Part shown: positions 51,994 to 64,000 of the stretch, piece after piece
Layout: each line of letters begins with the position of its first letter
How positions within the stretch are numbered: the stretch's first letter is position 1
Translations under genes and position numbers: made by a program
The notes under the pieces: generated by a model
Databases searched by the model: none
The model's input: only the letters and a program-made list of their open reading frames with translations
What the model was told of the DNA's origin: nothing
Source of the DNA: Octopus vulgaris
Lineage: Eukaryota
Reading direction: 5' to 3'
DNA length: 64,000 nucleotides
Assembly (NCBI GenBank): GCA_951406725.2
Contig: OX597820.1
Span: 100,688,001-100,752,000 of the forward strand

Positions 51994-52086
51994 ACTGAGA
52001 AAATGTCTGCAAAAGAGAAAAAGAAAATAACATATAAATTATGAGGAATGAATGTGGATTTGTGTGAGTATGAATACATACATATT

Positions 52087-52132
<46 letters not shown>

Positions 52133-52836
52133 GTTCCAACTAGAGTATCCATGTATCTCCTCCATAGCAAGACACCTATCTCTATCCCGCTTTAAATAAA
52201 TTTTAACCTCTCATCAACTGGTACAAACCCATCACCTCACTACTAGCCAACCCACCTTAGAAGTCGTTGAGCTAGTCTTTCTCTTGTAAATTACTTAATG
52301 ACCCCACAAAAAAAAGCACCCATTACATTCTGTAAAGTATGGCATTAGGAAGGGCATCCTACCATAGAAAACTGTGCCAAATCAGTCAACAGAGCTCAGC
52401 ACAATCTGCCGACTAGCCAGCTCCTGTGAAATCATTCAACCCATGCCAGCATGGAAAATGAATATTAAATGATGACAATGATGATGATGTGGAGAAGGAG
52501 GGGCTGGGGGAGGCAGAGAAGCTAGAGGAGGAGGAGGTGGATGTATCACTGTATTGACTAGACTATCAGATGTTAAATAACACTGGTCACAATGTACTTC
52601 CTTGCAATGTTGTAGCTTTCAAATGATGCCACCCCTCTGGCTTGGCGGACAAGCCAACAATTCATTTTGAACAGAATGCCAATCTGTTGTAGAATTACCC
52701 ATTTACAGCCGGGTGGACTAGAGTAATGTAAAATGAAACGTTTTGCTCATGAACACAATGCACTGTTGATCTGGGAATTGACACCACGATCTTGCAATTA
52801 TGAATGCCACACCCAAACCACTAGGCCATTCACCTT

Positions 52837-52880
<44 letters not shown>

Positions 52881-52941
52881 TGTACAGTGATTTATGTTGG
52901 ATGAATGAGAGAGGAGTGCTCAATACGTATTGTATAAAATA

Positions 52942-53160
52942 TCGTGGCCGTTGCCAGCCTCGCCTGGCACCTGTGCCGGTGGCACGTAAAAAGCACCCAC
53001 TACGCTCACGGAGTGGTTGGTGTTAGGAAAGGCATCCAGCTGTAGAAACACTGCCAGATCAGACTGGAGCCTGGTGCAGCCTTCTGGCTTCCCAGATCCC
53101 CGGTCGAACCGTCCAACCCATGCTAGCATAGAAAACGGACATTAAACGATGATGATGATG
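52942..53160 (+). mobile_element. Family C retroposon, young 5'-truncated copy
   Basis: Near-identical to 26850-27063 and 36000-36222. Confidence 0.88.
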
Positions 53161-54428
53161 CATTTTTTTATTGCAGTTGAATCTCTAATTGTTAAACAAA
53201 CTCAATTTCAATACAAATACTCTCTCTCTCTCTGTTTGTGAGAGAGAGAGAAAGAGAGAGAAATTATAAGCACAGTCATGGCTCTGTGGTTGAGAAGCTC
53301 ACTTCCCACACTCTGCACAAATGTCTTCAACTATATTCCCAGGCTGACCAATCAGTCATGCACCCACACAAAGTACTGCTGTTAAACAGAGTAATTTCAT
53401 TTCATTTAATTATCCAAAGTTGTTCAGTATGAGAATATTTTTCAAATCTACTTTTAGATGCAACCCTTCCCATAGTTACCATAACAACATGATATTTAAC
53501 ATAAGTTACAGATTTCCCTACGACAGTTTGCAGTTTAGGTTACTGGATGAATTTCATAAAAACATGGTACAAAATTTACCAAAGGCAGTGGATGCTAATA
53601 GAAAGTAGCCTAGATTAAAATTTTGTAAGTACATAGGTGCAGGCATCGCTGTGTGGTTAACAGGTTCACTTCCCATGTATGTAGTTTCAGATCTAGCTCA
53701 GTTCCAAAACCATGTGGTTGGGAGATGGAAATTTCTTCGGTACACTCTCAGCAAGTTGCTTCCACTGTAGTCCTTGGTCAACCAAAGCCTTGTAAGTGGC
53801 TTTACTAGATGGAAGACGTTTTCCACGCTGGCATGAATTAGATGGTTTGACTGAAGCTGGTAAGCCAGAGAACTGCATCTGTTTTGGCTTGGTTCCTACA
53901 GCTGGCGGCCCTTCCTAGCACCAACCACTCTGCACAGTGTACTGGGTGTCTTTTATGTCACTGGAATGAGTGCCTTTTACATGTCACCAGCATGGTTGCC
54001 TTTTGAGTGTCACCAACACACCGGCACTGGCCATGACTATGATTTAACTTGGTTTGACATATTTTCATGTTTTCTCATGTGTGTGTATGTGTGAGTGTGT
54101 GTGTGTGAGTGAGTGTGTGTGTGTGGTGTGTGTGAGTGTGTGTGTGTGTGTGTGTGAGTGAGTGTGTGTGTGTGTGAGTGTGTGTGTGTGTGTATGGAGG
54201 GAGAAGTGGGAGTGCATGTGTGTGTACTTGAGTATGCATGTGTGTATTCTTGTTTTGACATTGTTTGGTAGTTGTGAACAAGCAACACCATCATACAAGT
54301 AATATCATTCACTTCCAATCATTATTCATTTAAAGATTTATCCACCCTTTAATGCTTTTTCTTTGATTTTCTACTCTTCTGCAAAATTTGGAGTTTGTTT
54401 TCCTTATTTGCATCACACACACACGCGT

Positions 54429-54489
<61 letters not shown>

Positions 54490-56664
54490 CAAGTATATAT
54501 ATTCTTTTACTGGATTGAGTCATTGGCCTGCAGCCATGCTGGGGCACTACCTTGGAGTATTTTAATTGATCATATCAATCCCAGCATATACTGATATGTC
54601 TGCTACTCTTTTTGTCAAACCACTAAGTTCTGGTCAACCTGAGAGATAATACCAGAAGATACTCATCCAAAAAACCATAAAATGAGCCAAACTTGAAATC
54701 ACATGGCACTAAACCGAATTTCTTAAACATATAACCATAATAGTTTCGACATGATTTTTTAAAATTTTTACCCTTGAACAAAGCCACATATTTCTAAGGA
54801 AGGAGTAGAAATGATTAAGTTAATACCAGCATAATGTTTGGTGCTGATTTCAATTATGTGGATGAAAATTTTAGCTCAGATTGTTGAAGAAGAAAACTTG
54901 AGTCTTGCATTCTACTATTTCTAATGTTTTACCAACTTTTCTGAAATTACATATATTAAATCCTTTAATCTAACTAATAATTCTTCTTGGATTTCTTTAT
55001 TGGAGTTTTTAGATTTGTTAGACACAAAATGCTAAGTTAAAACATACATGCCCTTTTTCATGGCATAAGTGTCATATGTAAAGGCTTAACTCAAAGGAGC
55101 TCCATATCTTCCTTTGCAACCAAAAAAGATAGATCCATATTTTTGAAGTATAAATTCATACTTAGTATTAATAAAATGATTCATGATAAAAATCTAATAA
55201 ATAAAAAAAAGGAAAAGGCCAACCAGATAAAACAACTGTCGTGTGAGATAAGAACTATAAATTGTGTACTAAATGTAACAGATGCACGAAATTGGCTAAT
55301 ATATCATAAAGAATGTCTACTAATGTTAAAATACAAAATTAAATACCAATATTCTTAAGGAATTGACCAAACTCTAGAAATTTTAGAAATTTGAAAATAC
55401 ACGCCATAATACTTCAATTTTTCAAAATTGCATGACTTCATTTCAGTGAATGGTTATTGATTAGTTCATTCAAATTATAAAAGCTTTCATTGTGTAAGTT
55501 AGATAATTATTTGAAATGATGAATTCTTGAATAAAATTTCAAAGTTCATTTCACAAATTCAAAACTTATCTTATATGTTAAAGGAAATATGATAATTAAA
55601 ATGCCATAAATTCAATTAATTAAAGGTTAAAAATAATTGATGAGACTTCTGCAAAATGTTTAAGTTAAAGTCACTGAGAAAAGAATCTATACTGGTGACA
55701 ATCAATGTTCTCTTTTTTTTTTTTAAATGAATGATGCGCACAAAAATGTTTTAGTGCAAAATTTTCTACATATGAAAAAAATATGCATATAGAATATCTG
55801 AGTGAATGTAGGGTTGGAAGAATGAAGATAATTTTGGTAAATATACTTCAAACTATTAAAAATTGTATCAACTTGATTTTTTTCTTTTTAATAAGTACAT
55901 CATATTTAAATTTTTTATTTTAAAAAATATCTCATGAACTCAGCAACTCTTTTTAACAAACACATTTGCATTCTGGAGTGTAGTTTAGTTCCCTTTCAGT
56001 ATTGGTTGCATAACATTACAGATGAATAGTTTAGAAATAAACCTTAAAATAGAGAGAAAATAAGAGAGAAAGATGGATGGAGAGAGTGTGCATGAGTGTG
56101 TGTGCATGTGTGTCTGTGAGTGAGAGTGTGTATATGCATGCATGTATACACAACACCAACTTCAGGCTGATTGGGTTGCATGCTTTCAATTAGATGCCCT
56201 AAGCTAGGGAAACTTTAAAATAGTATTTAAATCTAGAATGTGGACTTAAGTAACCTTTGTCTATTAAGAATATGTCTAAATTTCTGCAATAATGCATATT
56301 TTCAATATTTATATCTTTAAATAAGTGCACAAATGGCAGACTTCATGGGATACTAGACAGTTAACTAAGAGGTTGGAGATACATACTTTATCACTGGTAT
56401 TATATTGGTATTATCTGAGTTCAATATCTGCTGAAAGTAAGAAGTATATACAAAACCAGCACCTTATTCTGGGAGGGGTTGGATTACTTGTTTTTGTTTA
56501 AATCCCTGAAAACAGGTTATAGGATTAGGTTTTAGCCCCACATTTAAATAGTGCAATGCTTATTGCCAGGTTTTACTTTGCCTATCATCCCTGTAAAGTT
56601 AATAAAGGGTGTAGTAAACACCTTCTCTACAGAAGTCATACATTTGCCAAAATGGATAACCATT

Positions 56665-56879
56665 TAACCCTTAAGCATTCAGAGACTCTGCTGAATGTAA
56701 TGCTTATGTATTGACAGTGTTTTAAATTAATCCTGCATTATCTCATAGCTTTGGAATTTTGATGGTGTGATTGTTTATTTTTAGAAATACATTGTAGGGT
56801 AAGTTTGAGAGATCAAATCTGGCCAGTTTGAACATAAAACAAGTAGAATGCTTGGCTGGTTTAAATGCTAAAGAGTTAA
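56665..56879. mobile_element. TTAA-type MITE; related copies at ~7700-7902, 23533-23715, 40258-40460 and 41955-42043
   Basis: TTAACCCTTAAGCATTCAGA ... AATGCTAAAGAGTTAA ends; shared CATTGTAGGGTA.G..TGAGAG..CAGATCTGGCCAGTTTGAAC body. Confidence 0.7.
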
Positions 56880-57058
56880 ATAAAGAGGAGAGGTAACAGA
56901 GGACCATACCACTGCTAAATTGTACTTTTGTATCAGCCTTCATAGTTAAGAGGGTATCTCATAATAGTTTTATTGTAGTTTATTAATGAGCCAATCACTG
57001 TAAAGGTAAATACAGTTGTGTCATTATAATCATCAAAAATTTAAAAGCTATAAATATA

Positions 57059-57276
57059 TAAGGAGGTTCTGAAAAGTTCTTGGCTTAAAGATATCATGAA
57101 AGACCTGGTTGGAGGCCCAAACTTCTGAGTTCTTTTACAGGGCTAAGAAAAACTGAAGGACCACTGCAATAAGTGTGTGAATCTGGGAGGGGAATATGTT
57201 GAAAAATATCATAATTAACCAATCCTCCTGTATTTTCTTCTATCCAAAGTCAGGAACTTTTCAGCACCCCCTTGTA
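57059..57276. mobile_element. mariner-derived MITE
   Basis: Inverted ends AGGAGGTTCTGAAAAGTTCTTGGCTT / AAAGTCAGGAACTTTTCAGCACCCCCTTG, TA-flanked. Confidence 0.75.
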
Positions 57277-58116
57277 CAAGTAGCCTCAGAAAATTCAAGT
57301 CCATAATGTTACCTTATTTGTAAACATGTCAGGTTGGTGTCAAGAAGAGCATCCAGCCATAGAAAAACCCACCGCAACAAATTCCACCCAACCTGTGCAA
57401 ATATTGTGATGATAAAGACGATAGTTTAAATCCTAGATAAACCTACACACACTTCTGTTGTTGGCAATTGTAGCAAAAACATAATTGTTGCCTTTCAACA
57501 ATATCTTGCACAAGAACTTTTGTAGCTAATTGACTCAACTATGAACTCTGTACATCTGTCACCTTGTTAATCAAAAGTTTCTTGTGTGACTACTTCAGTG
57601 CATTGTTGGCAATACAAAAAGCTCTCTATAACATACACATTGAATCCACTTTTCTTACAACAACAGTAATTTCTGACTTAGTAGTCATAAAAACTGTATG
57701 ACTCATATTTATGGTCTCTTGTAAATAAAGTTAAAAATATACTTGACTGTCATGCTTCAATGGTAAACAAGTTTTAAAAGGTAATATTTACAAAATAACA
57801 ATGACATTGCAGAAGTGTTATGTTAGCCCATTTACACAAAAACTCTTACATAACATATACTTTTTTAATAGCTGAGCAGGCTGTGTGTTGTGTTCTTGAA
57901 CAAGATACTTTATTTTACACTGCTCCAGTTCACTTGCTGTACAAGTGAGTTGCAACATCACTGGTGCCAAGCTGTATTGGCCTGTGCCTTTCCCTTGGAT
58001 ACCACAGTTGTGTGGAGAGGGGAGGCTGGCATGCATAGGCAGCTGCTGGTCTTCCAAAAACAACCTTGCCCAGACATTCTGAACATAAGCATCATACAAG
58101 CCTTTATTCTTTGTTA

Positions 58117-58343
58117 TCGAGCTGGCAGAAACGTTAGCGCGCCGGGCGAAATGCTTAGCAGTTTTTCGTCTGTCATTACGTTCTGAGTTCAAATTCCACT
58201 GAGGTCGACTTTGCCTTTCATCCTTTCGGGGTCGATAAATAAAGTACCAGTTACGCACTGGGGTCGATGTAATCGACTTAATCCCTTTGTCTATCCTTGT
58301 TTGTCCCCTCTATGTTTAACCCTTTGAGGGTATTAAAGAAATA
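58117..58343 (+). mobile_element. SINE family B, young copy
   Basis: GAGCTGGCAGAAACGTTAGC..GAGTTCAAATTCC (B box)..GGGGTCGATAAA..AAGAAATA. Confidence 0.88.
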
Positions 58344-58595
58344 TATCAACAGAGAAAAAGGAGCAGCTTCCTAAACTTTTTCTAGTCCATCCTTACCCTA
58401 CCTACTATGCTTTCACAGCACTCATCTCTATTACTAATTAAGCTACCACTGTAACAGTATCAATCACTTTAATTAAGTGCCTGGGTAAGGTAAAGAATTC
58501 CTTACCATTTCTATTATTTCAGTACAACACTTATATTTGAAATTGCTTCATCACAAAGCACCTTTTGCATTTATTTATATTTATCTATCGATCAA

Positions 58596-58631
<36 letters not shown>

Positions 58632-58935
58632 TTTCTGTCTATCTACACAAAATTTCCATGCCCACACAAATAACCCAAATAAATACCCAAACTTTCCATC
58701 ACTCTCTTACAAACACACACACACGCATACATACATACATACATACATACATACATACATACATACATACAAACATATACAAGCACCTACATATACACAT
58801 ACAAACATCTATATATTAAGACAAACTGTTATATTTGCCCATCCACTCCATGCATGCACAACCCCACTTATACTCACACAAACACACACAGACTCTCTCT
58901 TCCCCCCTTTTTTCTCTCCATCTCTCTTCCTCTCT

Positions 58936-58981
<46 letters not shown>

Positions 58982-59385
58982 CACACACACACATGCACAC
59001 ACACAAACATTTAAATTTGTATTTCTATAGTTAATCTCTGAGAATACAGGACTCTAATCAAAAGATTACTTGTAGAAAGAATGTATCTGAATCATACACA
59101 CATTTCAGCTGTTCACAATATTTTACAGTATTACTGCTTTTAAAAATCGGTTTCCTCTCACTACCATCTATTTGTATGTATGTATGGCCTCTAGAAACAA
59201 GTTATTATATCCAGAGAATATGTATTGTATGCTTGTGTTTATGTTTCAACATATATACCTTATTTTTAATTTCTAGTGTTTAATGCTATAGAGTCAATTT
59301 GTTCAACTAAAACCCACAAGGTGCCCCACTGCCCAGCATAGTTGCAGCTCAATGACCGAAACAAGTAAAGGATAAAAGATATACG

Positions 59386-59431
<46 letters not shown>

Positions 59432-59435
<4 letters not shown>

Positions 59436-59592
59436 TGCAAGCATGGCTGCATGATAAGAAGCTTGCTTCTCAACCACATGGTCCTGGGTTCAATCTCACA
59501 GTGTGGAACCTTGGACAGGTGTCTTCTACTATGGTGTCAGGCCAACCAAAGCCTTGTAAGTGGATTCAGTAGAAGGAAACTGAAAGAAGCCC

Positions 59593-59646
<54 letters not shown>

Positions 59647-59875
59647 CATGTATGTGTGTGTGTGTGTCTTTGTGTCTGCATTTGTCCCCCCACCATCACT
59701 TGTCAACTGCTGTTAGTGTGTTTACGTCCCTGTGACTTAGCAATTCAGCAAAAGAGTTCTATAGAATAAGTACTAGGATAACAAAGAATAAGTTTGAAGT
59801 TGATTTCTTTGATTAAAAACCCTTTAAGGCGATGCTCCAGCAAGGCCACAATCTGACTGAAACTAGTAAAAGAAT
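59432..59875 (+). mobile_element. Family A SINE
   Basis: Full head to tail, with an expanded internal (TA)n. Confidence 0.8.
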
Positions 59876-59937
<62 letters not shown>

Positions 59938-60379
59938 CACGAAAAATGTAAAATAAATCTTTAGTTAACACATAACTTTCACCACAATTCATAAGTGTAA
60001 AGAAAGTAGTTCTTTTTTTTTCTGTGGACAGACAAAATAAAAATCTGACTCTTTCTAGTCTTCTTAGACCTTCATCAAAGAATGTATACTCCCTATCTCT
60101 CCACAGAAACAGGAGTAGCTTTTAGTTATTTAAACTAACTAGGGCTCAATCACAATGAACAGTCTAATCTGTAATTCACTTCACAGTATTTTTGATAAAG
60201 AAAACCAGACACATCTATATATACACACACATACACACACACACACACACATATATTTCAATACAAAGCAAATAATTCTTGAGAAAAATAATTCACAAAC
60301 AAATAACTTTTAAATAAGAGGTTTGACTGTTATTTCCAGCAGGTAGACATACTTAGTATGTCCTTTGATTAATTTTAAT

Positions 60380-60411
<32 letters not shown>

Positions 60412-60425
60412 TTTATATATATATT

Positions 60426-61681
60426 CAGGGTTGGACAAAATAATGGAAACACCTTAAAATTTCAAATAAATTAGGATCGCATTTGGCAGTAATTACAGCT
60501 TGAATTCAATGAGGTATGGACTTGTACAAAAGTTGAATTGTTTCCAAAGGAATTTTTGTCCAATCTTCAGCTAAAACAGTCTCTAGTTCTTGTAGTGATG
60601 ATGGTGGAGGATACCAACTCCTTACTTGTTTTTCTAAAATAGGCCATAAATGTTCCATGATATTGAAACCTGGGGACTGTGGTGGCCAGATAAGATGTTC
60701 AACTTCACTAGAATGTTCCTCATATCGTTCAGTAACAACTTTAGCTGTGTGAATTGGTGCATTATCATCCTGAAAGATTGTGTTTCTCTCTGGAAACAGT
60801 TCCGCAACCATAGCATGAATTTGATCAGATAAAATGCTTAAATAGTCTTGACTATTAATTCTGCCATGAAGGGAAACCATTGGGCCAGTGGATTTCCAAG
60901 ATATAGCCCCACCCCAGATCATCATAGATCCTCCTCCATGTTTAACAGTTGGAAGAAGGCAGTCTGGGTCAAATACTTCTTTTGGCTTTCACAAACTTAT
61001 ACTCAGCTGGTGGTTGGAAATAAGGTAAAGGATGACTAGCCCAAGTAAATAACATTCTTCCACTGTTTTAAGGACCAATTCTGTAGATTTTTACTCCACT
61101 CTAAATGTTTTGCAACATTTGTTTTTGAAAGTCGTGGTTTTCTGATTGCATCCCTCCCATGAAATCCAGCTTTGTGCAGCTCCCAGTGAACAGTTTTTCT
61201 AGAAACTGGGTTCTCAAGGTAGTCATTAAACTCTGCAGTAATTTTGGGAGCTGTACTTTTGTGATCTTTTCTAACATTTTGCATAAGAGTCTGACGGTCC
61301 CTATCTGAAAGTTTTGGTTTTCTTCCAGAGTTTTGTTTCAATGAGGAGGTTTTTCCCTCTTTCTCAAAGGCTGTCATTACTTTTAAGACTACTTCTTGAT
61401 ACACCAAACATTTCGGGTGTTTTTGTTACACTAGCACCTGCCATATGAGCACCAACAATTTGACCTCTTTGAAAGGCCAATAGATTTGTCATTTTAATGA
61501 ATTTTAATTACCTTTTTCTGATGATATTTGAAAAGAAACAGCAATTTTAGCAAAACGTATTAAGCAACACTAATAATAAATCAAAAAACCTTAAAAATAA
61601 ACAAGCTTTGACAGTTTTATAGTAATTTCAAAATTATGATACTATGATGCTAGGTGTTTCTAATATTTTATACAACCCCTG
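60426..61681 (-). mobile_element. Full-length Tc1-family (DD34E) transposon with a pseudogenised transposase
   Basis: TIRs CAGGGTTGGACAAAATAATGGAAACACCT / AGGTGTTTCTAATATTTTATACAACCCCTG|TA. Protein fragments FQRGQIVGAH, SGRKPKLS, MIWGGAIS, FQDDNAPIH and WPPQSPGFNIMEHLW, with frameshifts. Confidence 0.93.
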
Positions 61682-61682
61682 T

Positions 61683-61728
<46 letters not shown>

Positions 61729-61835
61729 CACACACACATATATATATATATATATACATATATGTAGGTCCCGGGTTGATTCGGGGTTAACCACAGTAAA
61801 TAAGGTACTCAATACATAGCAGAGTAAAATTAATT

Positions 61836-61968
61836 TATTATATAGAAGGAGCTTCTACAGGACTAGAACTGTTTCATTCAAGAGAAATCTTCAGGAAGCT
61901 CAGGGCTTCCTGAAGATTTCTCTTGAATGAAACAGTTCTAGTCCTGTAGAAGCTCCTTCTATATAATA
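61836..61968. repeat. Perfect 64-bp inverted repeat with a 5-nt loop
   Basis: 61836-61899 is the exact reverse complement of 61905-61968. Confidence 0.97.
61905..61953 (+). ncRNA. Type I hammerhead ribozyme motif; an identical inverted copy lies on the minus strand at 61851-61899
   Basis: Stem I GCTTC/GAAGC, CTGAAGA, stem II t-TTC-tctt-GAA-t, GAAA, stem III CAG/CTG, GUA cleavage triplet. Confidence 0.72.
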
Positions 61969-61988
61969 TATATACATATATATATATG

Positions 61989-62054
<66 letters not shown>

Positions 62055-62206
62055 CACATATATATACATATATACACACATACATACATATATATGCATA
62101 TATATATGTATCTATATACATATGTATACACACACACATATATATATATACATATGTATACACACTCACATACACATACACATATATATGCATATATACA
62201 TATGTA

Positions 62207-63258
62207 TTAGGTTGTTCCGAAAATTATGGACGCTCTAATTTTGTGCTTTGAAACGCAATTTTATCATAGTACTTTAATTATATTTTAGGAGAATTTCGAC
62301 ATATTTAATAATTGATGTATGCTCTTTAATAATTTTCTACGTATTTCTGACAGAAAACATTTTTGAAGCATAAGTGCCCTTAATTATGAACATGACAAAA
62401 AAGGACCTTCACTTACTTTCCTTTTTTGTTCAAGCTTGGGCACAATGCCTCCCAAACTACTGCCAATATCAACAGAGCATGGGGAGAGGAGTCCACAAAT
62501 GATCACACAGTACAAAGGTGGTTTCAGAAATTCCATAGTGATGAGAGCCTTGAAGATGAAGAAGGTAGAGGGCGGTCCTCTGGTCTTGACAATGAACAAC
62601 TGAAAGCAACTGTTGAACAAAACCCACGTCAAAGTGACAGGGAAATGTCTCAGGCACTTGGTGTCAGTATTGCAATAGTCTCACGCAATCTGCAGAAGGT
62701 GAAAAAGCTTGATAAATGGGTACTGCATGAGCTCAATGAAAATCAAAATGTTTGGCATTTTGAAGTGTGCTCAATGCTCTTTCTGCGAAGCATCAATTAT
62801 CCTTTTCTTGACCGAATAGTCACTTGTGATGAAAAGTGGGTCCTTTATGATAACCGTAAATGATCAGGTCAATGACTTGATTGTGAGGAGTCCCCCAAAC
62901 ATTTCGCAAATCCAGAGTTGCATCAGCAAAAGATTATGGTGACTATCTGGTGGTCTGGTGACTAATTGGTGTTGTCCATTACAGCTTTCTGGAAGCCAAT
63001 CAGAGCATTACAGCAGAGGTTTACAGCAATCAACTCGCTGAAATGCATGCTCAATTGCAAAAAATGAGACCTGCATTGGTGAATCGGCATGGCCCAATTC
63101 TGCTCCACAATAACGCAAAGACACATATTGCAAAAATGATGCTGCAGAAACTCACAGACTTGAGATATAAGACTTTAACCATATCCTCCTGATTTTTCAC
63201 CCACTGACTACCATTTTTTAAAGCATTTAAACATGTTTTTAAATGATAAAACTTTCAG
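62207..63258 (+). mobile_element. mariner (DD34D) transposon, 3'-truncated, transposase pseudogene
   Basis: TA|TTAGGTTG TIR. Motifs FKLGHNA..TANIN.AWG, WVLHEL, IVTCDEKWVLYDN and PYPPDFSPTDYHFF, with stops and frameshifts. Confidence 0.92.
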
Positions 63259-63478
63259 TGTATATATATAAATATATATATATATATTAAACTCTGTTGG
63301 ACTTTTGGATTTTACTCAAAGGATATTGGAATACTACACATATATACCATTATGCCTATAAAACAGATTTATGAACTCAATAACCATACATATCTTACAT
63401 CTATTTTCTTTCCTCCACCTCACTCTCTATTTGTATCACATCGAAAATAACTATGACTTAATTTTTCCTCTCACACCA

Positions 63479-63528
63479 TCTCTGATGAAGGGATATTATT
63501 AATTAATATCCTAGAAACAGCTGTAAGA
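63479..63528 (+). ncRNA. Minimal type I hammerhead motif within a Penelope-pLTR-like segment (~63290-63596)
   Basis: TCT-CTGATGA-a-GGGATATTA-ttaat-TAATATCCT-a-GAAA-C-AGCT-G-TA-AGA: 9-bp stem II, palindromic stem III, 3-bp stem I. Confidence 0.68.
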
Positions 63529-63633
63529 CCTTCAATCTATAAATGCTCTAATATCTATACAGCCTTGGTTATTTTATCTCATTATGCAAAAAGTCATATA
63601 TACACACACATATATATATATATACATATATAT

Positions 63634-63686
<53 letters not shown>

Positions 63687-63904
63687 CATACATATATATA
63701 TATACATATATATATACATACATATATACATATATATATACATACATATATATATATATATACATACATATACATACATATATACAAACATATACATACA
63801 TGTATATCTACATACATATATATACATACATACATAGCGTCCAATAATACTTTATTTGTTCCACATCCTCGCGTTGTTGTCTTTTTGTTTTCTTGTTTGG
63901 ATTA

Positions 63905-63949
<45 letters not shown>

Positions 63950-64000
63950 ATATACATACATGTGAGTCGTCTAAAAGACCATAAGTCAGGGAAAAGGTGC

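Overview
Eukaryotic, AT-rich and repeat-dense DNA. The SINE and microsatellite content looks like Octopus (coleoid cephalopod); this is an inference. The window holds the 5' part of one minus-strand ABCA-family lipid transporter gene (ABCA1/ABCA4-like). I reconstructed 9 coding exons by hand: 51904-51969, 39730-39826, 25464-25605, 23761-23894, 15217-15356, 9465-9743, 5059-5142, 3503-3776 and 2131-2273. They splice in phase into 1359 nt (453 aa) covering the N-terminus, TM1 and part of extracellular domain 1. The gene continues past position 1. Introns and upstream DNA are filled with tRNA-derived SINEs, a Helitron helicase pseudogene, a non-autonomous Helitron, Tc1, mariner and DD37D-type transposon remnants, TTAA MITEs, R4/Dong and RTE LINE fragments, LTR-like segments and long microsatellites. 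Most ORFs in the supplied track are microsatellite or SINE artefacts. Three points stand out. (i) About nine short, mutually unrelated elements carry minimal type I hammerhead-ribozyme motifs, often as fold-backs or with terminal redundancy; one has a tRNA-like head and a target-site duplication. (ii) A Tyr (TAT) codon aligns with a conserved ABCA disulfide Cys and could be restored by A-to-I editing. (iii) The gene has a probable GC-AG splice donor and a minimal uORF.
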